From positions 317,688,001 to 317,752,000 of the forward strand of contig OZ024742.1 of the NCBI GenBank assembly GCA_964016885.1: DNA of 64,000 nt, given 5' to 3'. Each line of letters begins with the position of its first letter. The stretch's first letter is position 1. The notes under the pieces were generated by a model that saw nothing but the letters and a program-made list of their open reading frames with translations, was not told the origin of the DNA and did not search any database. This stretch comes from Eledone cirrhosa. Its lineage: Eukaryota. The translations under genes and the position numbers were made by a program. Positions 54,756 to 64,000 of the stretch are shown in pieces.

Positions 54756-57491
54756 ATTACTTTATTAGCCACAAGGGCACAAAAGAAGGGGACAAATACA
54801 AATGGGGAGTTTACATATAGGTATATGAAAATAAAACTATTAATACAATGACAAATAACAATTGAAATCCCCAATAGGGGGGAGGTGTTACACAGGGGTT
54901 ATACACACCCCGAAAAAATGTACAACCCTCATCTCCAGGAGTACCAAGAGTGAGTACTCCCTTCCTCTCTTCCTCTTTTTCCTCAACCTACAGGCTTATA
55001 TAGAGAGAAGGCCCAACCACTCGGGCCATCTTTGCCACATTCACCCACCTTTTATAAAATTGGCTGGGGTACAGCACCTCTCTCTCCATCCTGATTCTTC
55101 TTCCAAAATGATATTTGAAAAAACGAGTCAGTTGCTCGCCGGAGAGAAAGGTGTCTAACCTCAGCCCTTTTAACCTCGTCCGCCATATAACCTCTTTCAC
55201 CATAGCCATAACACATAGGAAAACCGCCTCTCCCTCGTTTTTGAAGGAGGGTGGCGGTTTGATCATGACAATGGACTCGGTGGTCAACTTGATTGGTCCC
55301 ACCCGTGAGAATAGTCGTTCTACATAGCCCCACAGGTCGGTAATGCCCGGGCAGTGTACAAATGCGTGTGCGACGGTTTCCTCGTCGCGCACGCATCTCG
55401 GACAGATCTTTTTCGAAGGGTCCCTACTCGGGCGCCCGTTTCTGTAGAGCTTGTCTCGAACTGGTAGAGCTCCTCGGTAGCACTGCCAGGCCAGGGACTT
55501 TTGGAAGTTGTCCATTGGTCCCGGGCGGAAGGTCCTACCGAACAGACTGGCCAGTTCGTCCTCCTCTACGACTAGAGTTTCTCCGAGCGCGTCGTCGCAT
55601 TTGCTGCGGACCAACCCTCTATAGAATGTCGAAGTGGAGACTCCACTGATCGCCGGGTTCGTTTGCCAGGACTGTGAGCGCCTGAGCATATTCGATATGC
55701 CAGTCGCCCATTTTCCTCGGTTTTTGCTTGACCCAGGTCTGCAGCTCGGTCAGCGAGACGAGTCGTGGGAAGGCTCGCCTCACGAACGGGGCCCACACCG
55801 GTTGTCTGGTGTGGAATACGTGGAGGTGCCGCAGCCTGAGCGCGTGTTTGCACATCGTCAGCCATGGCATCCCCAGCCCTCCGTTTGAAGGGTGTTGGCA
55901 GCAGATGGATCTTCTCACCAAAGGAGCCCGTTTCTTCCAAAGGAATTGGAAGAGCACGCGTTCCATTTTGGTGAGCGTTTTGGCTGGACAAGGCACGACG
56001 GTCAAGCGGTAGTAGATGACGGACGCTATAAAAGTGTTTGCCACCTCCGCTCGTCCTTTCAAGGATAGTTTGCACTCGGCCCACTTCTGGGTGAGCGCAA
56101 ACACCTTGGCCGTAACCTCGTTCCAGTTCTTCTCCACCTGGAGGTCAGGACCAAACCAGACCCCGAGCAGCTTTACCGGTCCTTCCGTCCAGCGTCCGAC
56201 GACGTCATAGGAAGGCATCGGTTTGCCTCTCCACGTTCCGAGTTGCAAACCGATGGATTTGTCCCGGTTCAGCTTCGCTCCTGTGAACCTTTCGTATTCC
56301 TCCAGTAAGGTGCCGACCTCCCCGATATGTGAGGTGCTCGACACCATTACTGTTAAGTCGTCGGCGTAGGCCGACGCTGCTTTTCGCAGTCCCGGTTCCA
56401 AAGGGATGCCCTGCAATAGCTCCAACTTCCGCAATAGTGGCTCGAGAGTCAGTACATACAGAAGGGAGGAGAGAAGGCATCCTTGTCGGGTGGATCACGT
56501 GATATGGAACGGCTCCGAGAGGTAGCCGTTCACCTTGACCCTTGAGCAGATGTTGCTGTTGTGCATTGCAGCAATCCAGCCCCTGAACACGGGACCGAAG
56601 CCTGCCGCCTCGAGCACCGCATCCAGGTAACGATGGTCAACCCTATCGAAAGCCTTAGACTGATCCAAGTTGATCAGGGCCCCACCGAAGCCGGGTTTAC
56701 ATCCTACCCTCTCTATGATGTATCGCATGAGGTGGAGGTTGTCGTGTATGGACCTGGTCGGGATTGCGCATGTCTGCGCTTCTCCCACCAGGTTTTCGAC
56801 GACAAGCACCAGCCTCTTTGCCAACACCTTAGCCAAAATCTGTAACTCTGTGTTGAGCAGAGTTATGGGACAGAAGTTGCCTATGTCATCCCCCTTGTTC
56901 TCGTCCTTCCTGACTAACGTGATTACGCCCTTGGTTACAGAACTGGGAATTCTCCCGTTCTGCTGCCAGTTGCAGTAGACCGCTTTCAGGAGACCGGAGA
57001 ACAAGTCCGGCATTGCTACGTAAAATTCGTAGGGTAGACCGTCGAGACCTGTAGATTTTTGTTTGCCGCATTGCCTCAGCGCGTCCCCTATCTCAGCGGC
57101 CGAAATCGGCCTTTCACAGAACTTCGCCTCGCTGTCCGAGAGTCGCGGTAGGCCGTCGAGGTATGAACCGAAATCCATAGCCCCTCCCGGCGCGCCGCTC
57201 TGTCCGAACAGTTGAGCAAAGTGCTTCTGAAAGGCTGCGCACATTTGCTTCGGCTCACGTATCACGCGTCCGTCTTGGTCCTTCAAAGACCGAATCATGG
57301 ACTTGTTGCCACTTTTTGCCTCCGTCACTCGGGGCCAGCTAACAGCTTTGGCTCCCTCATTTCCCAGAGTACGTATTTTGATTCTGACAACGCAGCCTTC
57401 ATGCTTTGCGTCTAAGAATTGGTCCAAGGCCGTTCTCGTCGCTAGCACGCTGGCTACGTTTCCACTCCTAAGTGCCTCTTCTACTTTATCT
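54755..57491 (-). mobile_element. 5'-truncated Tx1-like copy E (RT and C-terminus), close to copy C
   Basis: ORF pieces 56495-57490, 55619-56434 and 54988-55689 with RT motifs; (GATA)n on both sides (54661-54754; 57491-57507). Confidence 0.9.
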
Positions 57492-57507
57492 AGATAGATA
57501 GATAGAT

Positions 57508-59430
57508 TTTTTATTTGCCACAAGGGCGCACAAGAAAAGGGGACAATACAAAGACACATGCCGGAGATTTTACATACAGTCGTGTAAAAATATTAAAACA
57601 AACAAATTTAACAATCGAAATCCCCAATAGGGGTGAGGCGTTACAAATGGGTTGTTTAATACCCCGTCGATAGAACAACCTTCAATTTCAGGAGCGTGTT
57701 GTGCAAGTTCTCCTTTCTTCCTTTTGCTCTCTTCTTCAACCTGCAAGTTTATATAGAGGGAAGGCCCAATCAATCGGCCATTTTTGCCACATTCACCCAC
57801 CTTTCAGTAAATTTACTGGGGTGCAGTGCCTCTCTCTCCACTCTGATTCTCCTTCTAAAATGGTACCTGAAGAAGAGAATGAGTTGTTGTCCGGAGAGAA
57901 ACGCATCTGTCCTCAGTCCTCTCAATCTCGTCCACCATATAACCTCTTTCACCATAGCCACTATACAGAGTAAAACTGCCTCTCTTTCGTTTTTGAAAGA
58001 AGTTGGCGGTTTGATCCTTACTATCGACTCGGCAGTCAACTGGATTTGTCCCATAGTTCCACAGGTCGGTTACGCCTGGGCAGTGTACAATTGCGTGCAA
58101 AACGGTTTCAATGTCCTGCTCGCATCTTGGACACGTCATCTTGGAAGAATCCTTGCCGGGGCGTCCGTGCCTGTAGATCTTACCTCGAACTGGTAGAGCT
58201 CCTCGGTATCACTGCCAGGCCAGAGACCTTTGGAAGTTGTCCATAGGACCCGGGTGGAAAGATCTACCGAACAGACTGGTGAGCTCGTCGTCTTCGACGC
58301 CCAGAGTCTTTCCGAGAACCTCGTCGCACTTGTGACGTACTAACCCTCTATAGAATGTCGAAGTGGAGTCTCCACTGATTACTGTGCCCGTTTGACAAAG
58401 GACTGTGAGCGCCTGAGCGCATTTAATGTGCCAGGTGCCCATTTTCTTTGGTCTCCGCTTGACCCAGGACTGCAGCTCCGTCAGCGAGACAAGTTGCGGG
58501 AAGGCCTGTCTCACAAACGGTGCCCACACCGGTTGTTCAGTGAGGAATATCTGGAGATGCCGTAGCCTCAGCACATGTTTGCGCATCATCAGCCACGGCA
58601 TTCCCAGCCCTCCGTTAGAAGGGTGCTGACAGCAGAGGGATCTCCTCACCAGTGGAGCCTGCTTCTTCCAAAGGAACTGGAAGAGCATGCGTTCCATCTT
58701 GGTGAGGTATTCACGGGGACAGGGCACGACGGTCAAGCGGTAGTAGATAACGGACGCTATGAAAGTGTTCGCCACCTCCGCTCGACCTTTCAATGATAAT
58801 TTGCACTCTGCCCACTTCTGGGTGAGCGCAAATATCTTGGCCGTGGTTTCGTTCCAGTTTTTCTCCACCTGGAGGTCCGGACCGAACCAGACCCCGAGCA
58901 ATTTCACCGATCCTTCCGTCCAGCGTCCGACGACGCTGTCGGACGGCATCGGTTTGCCTCTCCTCGTTCCGAGTTGCAAACCGACAGACTTGTCCGGGTT
59001 CAGATTTGCTCCTGTGAGCCTTTCGTATTCCTGCAGTAAGTTGCCGATTTCCGAGGTTTTCAATACCATTACTGTCACGTCGTCAGCATAAGCCGACGCC
59101 GCTTTCCGCAGTCCCGGTTCCAACGGGATGCCCTGCAGAAGCTCCAACTTCTGCAGTAGTGGCTCTAGACTCAGTTCGTACAGAATGGAGGAGAGAGGGT
59201 ATCACTGTCGGATGGAACGCGTGATTGCGAACGGCTCCGATAGGTAGCCGTTCACCTTGAACGTCGAGCAGATGTTGGTGTGCATTGCTTTGATCCAGCC
59301 TCTGAAGACGGGTGCGAAACCGCCCGCCTTGAGAACCGCTTTCAAGTATTGATGGTCGACCCTATCAAATGCCTTAGACTGATCTAAATTGATCAGAACT
59401 CCACCGAAGCCAGGTTTACACCCTATCCTC
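57508..59430 (-). mobile_element. 5'-truncated Tx1-like copy F (most divergent)
   Basis: ORF 58209..59147 with AYADD and downstream domain; (GATA)n at 57491-57507 and 59431-59550. Confidence 0.88.
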
Positions 59431-59445
59431 TAGATAGATAGATAA

Positions 59446-59535
<90 letters not shown>

Positions 59536-59932
59536 CAATGGATAGATAGAAAGGAGAGAGAGACAGAGTTCAGACTAATGAAAACCGAAAATAACTTTAT
59601 GAATGATCGTGTCGCATAACTTCTGAAGAATGTTTTCTAATAAATAATATCTTACTCTTTACTACAATGCATATTACTGAAGTAAATAAGACTACGTCTA
59701 AATGGCATCATACACATGTGGTTGGACATGTATCCAATTGTTTGTCTCCATGCGATTATACATGTGTTCATGTAGCATAACAGCTTCAGTTATTTATTTT
59801 CTTTTTTCTTTTTCTTTTTTTGCTTTTTTTTGCTTTCGCTGATCTATTTGTTTACCTATATCTATATATATGTTTATCTACATACCTATACAGGTTCGTT
59901 CATTGATACTTATTCATTGATATATAAATGTC

Positions 59933-59972
<40 letters not shown>

Positions 59973-60073
59973 ATTTGTGTGTGCGCGCGCGCGTGTGTGT
60001 GCGCGCACGTGTGTATGTGCATGAATGTGTGTACGTGTGTATAATTGTATGTGTGCGTGTGTTTCATTGTAAA

Positions 60074-60726
60074 AATAATTGTTTCTGTTTTAGGCACAAG
60101 GCCAACAATTTTGGGAGAGGGGAAAGTCGATTAAATCAACCCCAGTGCATTACTGCTGTTCTGCTTTATCGACCCCAAAAGGATGAAAAGCGTAGTAGAC
60201 CTTGGTGGGATTTGAACTCAGAACGTAAAAATCTGGAATAAATGCCGCAAAGCAATTGCTCCGACATTCTAACGATTCTAAAAGAGTTACTCGACACAAT
60301 ACATACATGTTCCTTCATTGTAACTTATATAGAGATTTGAAAACTATATATGAATGTGTGTACATGTGTGTCATTTTGTGTGGGGGTGCTTTTCATTGTA
60401 GAAATAATTGTTTCTACTTTTGGCACAAGGCCAGCAATTATCCCAGTGTATTACTGGTACTTTATTTTATCGGCCCCGTAAGGATGAAAGGCAAAGTTTA
60501 ACCTCGGCGGGATTTGAACTCAGACCATAAAGGGACGTAACTCTTTGCTGCAAAGCATGGCGTCCGACCTTCTACCGATACTGCCAATCCACCACCTTTC
60601 TATTGTAGAAATAATGGTTTCTGCTTTAGGCACAATGCCAACAATTTTGGGGGAAAGGGAAAGTCGATTAAATCGACCTCAGTGCGTTACTGGTACCTTG
60701 TTTTATCTATTCCGTAAGGATGAAAG
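60074..60726 (-). mobile_element. Three SINE copies (60074-60282, 60404-60597, 60609-60726)
   Basis: Same family motifs; shared upstream flank. Confidence 0.72.
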
Positions 60727-60879
60727 ACACGACTGAACACAATAGATACACATTCATTCATTGTAACTTATATGTAAGTTTCATAAATATATATATGGAT
60801 GTGTGTACATACGTATATTGTCTGTGTATGTGTGTGTTTTACTGTACAAATAATAAAAAGAGGTACTCAAAATTATACA

Positions 60880-61133
60880 CAGGGGTGTTGGAACTGGGGG
60901 GGGGGGGGCCACTCCATAATTATATTTTTTCTCTCCAAACTACCAAAGCACATCTATTTGTATATACGCTATAATTTATGTACATGTTATGTTTATCGCA
61001 TATCGAAGTTTTTTTATGTCTAGGTGGATATTTGATGATAACAGCTAAACTAATCACTACAGCTAAATTGACCAAATTTGCCCGCCCTCCCTCCCCTACC
61101 TAATCTAATTCAGAAATACTTCCACCTCCCCTG
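60880..61133. mobile_element. Possible non-autonomous DNA transposon
   Basis: Imperfect TIR CAGGGG.G.TGGAA; ATACA on both sides. Confidence 0.4.
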
Positions 61134-61237
61134 ATACATACACATTCATTCACTCTAACTTATATGTAAATGTCATAACTATATATGAATGTGTGTACGT
61201 ATGTAAAAATTGTGTGTGCGTGTTTTTCATTGTAGAA

Positions 61238-61463
61238 ATAATTGTTTCACCTTTAGGCACAAGGCCAGCAATTTGAAGGGGGTGGGGGTAAAGTCGATTA
61301 AATCGACCCCAGTGTATTACTGGTGCTTTATTTTATCGACACCGTAAAGATGAAAGGCAAAGTTAACCCCTGAGGGATTTGAACTGAGGATGTAAAGGGC
61401 CATAGCTCTGTGCTGAAAAGCATGGTGCCCGACGCTCTACCGATTCTGCCAATCCACCGCCCT
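61238..61463 (-). mobile_element. SINE (long subtype)
   Basis: Same family motifs. Confidence 0.72.
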
Positions 61464-61715
61464 TTTCATTGTATTTTCATTGTACAAATAATAAAAAGAG
61501 GTACTCAATACAACAACAAAGTGTAAACATTTATTTATCGTAGTATTCATACCCCCTGTATTACTACTAAGTTTACCATTTTATAGTACTGATTGTGTTC
61601 ACGTTAAGCTATCAACGTTAAACGAATGGAAACTCTGAGTAGTAATGCAGAGTGGTTTTATCACAATACATGTGTGTGAGAGCGCGTGTGTATCTGTATG
61701 GATATATATATATAT

Positions 61716-61753
<38 letters not shown>

Positions 61754-61786
61754 GAACATATATATATATATACATATGTATATATA

Positions 61787-61827
<41 letters not shown>

Positions 61828-61833
<6 letters not shown>

Positions 61834-62300
61834 ATGCTTTGGGAGGGTCATGTTGCCAATAAGAAACACACGCACCAGTTGCTTCACTCCAATTTATTAT
61901 AAATTAAATTTATAAATTTAAGAATTTATAAATTTTCGGTTGGTTGGTTGGTTCCATAACCGGACGGTTTTTCATATATTATCAAAGTTCTTTCGTCATA
62001 CATTCTGTGACCTCTTCAGTGACTGGGGATTCTTTTCTTTGTTTTTGTGCCTCTCCTTTGTACTGTCCTACGCCATCTTGAGGCACAAAAACAAAGAAAA
62101 GAATCCCCAGTCACTTAAGAGGTCACAGAATGTGTGACGAAAGAACTTTGACAATATATGAAAAACCGTCCGGTTAAGGAACCAAACAACCAACCGAAAA
62201 TTTATAAATTCTTAAATTTATAAATTTAATTTATAATAAATTGGAGTGAAAGCAACTGGTGCATGTGTTTCTTATTGGCAACATGACCCTCCCAAAGCAT

Positions 62301-62306
<6 letters not shown>
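61828..62306. mobile_element. Palindromic element (~226-bp arms) in (TA)n with hammerhead-like core
   Basis: Arms 61828-62053 and 62080-62306. Minus strand of the left arm (61981-62022) reads GTCA-CTGAAGA-GGTCACAGAATGTATGAC-GAAA-GAAC-TT-TGA; the right-arm core is CTTAAGA. Confidence 0.75.
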
Positions 62307-62364
<58 letters not shown>

Positions 62365-62369
<5 letters not shown>

Positions 62370-62576
62370 ACATATAAGGATGTTCTGTTTATATGCTTAG
62401 TAACACCATTATGCAACTTGGTACTCGATACTTTTATTAAAGTAGAATATAGATATTTTTCTTCTTTCTATTGACCATATATATATATATATATATATAG
62501 TACCAAGTTGTACCGAGTACCAAGTTGCATAATGGTGTTACTAAGCATATAAACAGAACATCCTTATATGTTGTAA
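62365..62576. repeat. Inverted repeat (~65-bp arms) with TA-rich spacer, PLE-tail-like
   Basis: 62365-62431 mirrors ~62510-62576; contains the GTACTC motif followed by TTTATT. Confidence 0.6.
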
Positions 62577-62980
62577 ATATATACACGTATACAAGCAGAA
62601 ACACAAATATACACACATGCAAACACATATATACATACATACGCATAGCAACTGAGATATTGCAATATGTATATAAATGTTTAAAGACCAAAGTATGTGC
62701 ATGCTTATGTGTGTATGTGTGTGTGTGTGTGAAAATGAATGCACCATTTCGTGAATATGTCTGTATGTAGGTATGTATATATGTATGTATGTATGTATAT
62801 ATGCATGTATGTAAGTATGTATGAATTGTATGTATATATGTATGTATGTATGTAAGTATGTATGAACTGAATGTATATATGTATGTATGTATGTATGTAT
62901 GAATGTATGTATGTATGTATGTATGTATGTATGTATGTATGTATGTATGTATGTATGTATGTATGTATGTAGGTAGGTAT

Positions 62981-63251
62981 GTGGGACTGGCTTTGTGCAG
63001 TGCCTTTGCTCACTATAAAAGCTTCACCGCACAGGCATTGCTTTATATCTGGAGATCTCTCTGCACTTGTCGTCACATGGTACCATGGGCTCAGCACTAT
63101 GTGACAATAATTGTCACAGGTGTAGTGTTTGTCCCGGAGTTTTCAAGTCGCTGGCTGGACTAAAAAGTTACACTTGTTCAGCGCATCGGTAGGGGTTCTC
63201 CTACATGGATATAAAGTAGTGGCCGTACTCGAAAACGAGTTGGCAGCCACC
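62981..63251 (+). mobile_element. 5'-truncated RTE-derived element in (TATG)n
   Basis: Reverse-orientation copy inside an oppositely oriented microsatellite. Confidence 0.75.
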
Positions 63252-63487
63252 AAGTATGTATGTAAGTATGTATGTATGTAAGTATGTATGAATTGCATGT
63301 ATATATGTATGCATGCATGTATGTATATAATCATATATGTGCCGATATATGTATGTATATATGTAAGTATATATGTATCTATATATATGTATATATATAT
63401 ATATATATATGTATGTATATGTATATGTATGCAGATCTCACCAGATCATATCAAATGCATTAACGGACTGGTACAGACATAAACAAA

Positions 63488-63541
<54 letters not shown>

Positions 63542-63852
63542 CATGCAAACATACATATATAAATAGACACTTATATACATACATAAATACATACATACAT
63601 AAATATATGCATGCATACGTACATACATATATCCATACATACATAGATGCATGCACATATACGTTCATACATACACACATGCACATACTTAGACATACAT
63701 ACATACATACATACATACATACATACATACATACATACATACATACATACACACGTATACATACATACATACATGCTTACACACGCATACATAGATACAT
63801 AAATACATACAGACATACATACATACATACACACGCATACATACATACATAC

Positions 63853-63883
<31 letters not shown>

Positions 63884-63956
63884 CATACACACGCATACAT
63901 ACATACATACATACATACATACATACATACATACATACATACATACATACATACAT

Positions 63957-64000
63957 GGTGGCTGCCAACTCGTTTTCGAGTACGGCCACTACTTTATATC
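63957..64000 (-). mobile_element. 3' end of another RTE-derived copy (runs off window)
   Basis: GGTGGCTGCCAACTCGTTTTCGAGTACGGCC after (TACA)n. Confidence 0.7.

Overview
Eukaryotic, AT-rich, microsatellite-dense genomic DNA with no recognisable host gene. The tRNA/CORE-type SINEs and repeat landscape resemble an octopod cephalopod (inference from recalled sequence, not a search). The window is dominated by retroelements that each sit in a particular microsatellite. (1) Six L1-superfamily Tx1-like LINE copies lie on the minus strand, each bounded on both sides by (GATA)n. Three divergent full-length ~5.7-5.8 kb elements form a head-to-tail array (7.5-24.9 kb, the first essentially intact) and three are 5'-truncated (25.3 kb; a pair at 54.8-59.4 kb). 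(2) Penelope-like (Naiad-type RT + C-terminal GIY-YIG) remnants include one with a type I hammerhead ribozyme and an inverted terminal copy. A set of unrelated 100-1000 bp palindromes in (TA)n tracts, several with hammerhead cores in their arms, appears to derive from such elements. (3) A ~610 bp non-autonomous RTE-derived element is repeatedly inserted in (TACA)n. There are also SINEs, RTE and R4/Dong fragments, small MITEs, and an ~8 kb CAT/GGT trinucleotide field whose long ORFs are artefacts.
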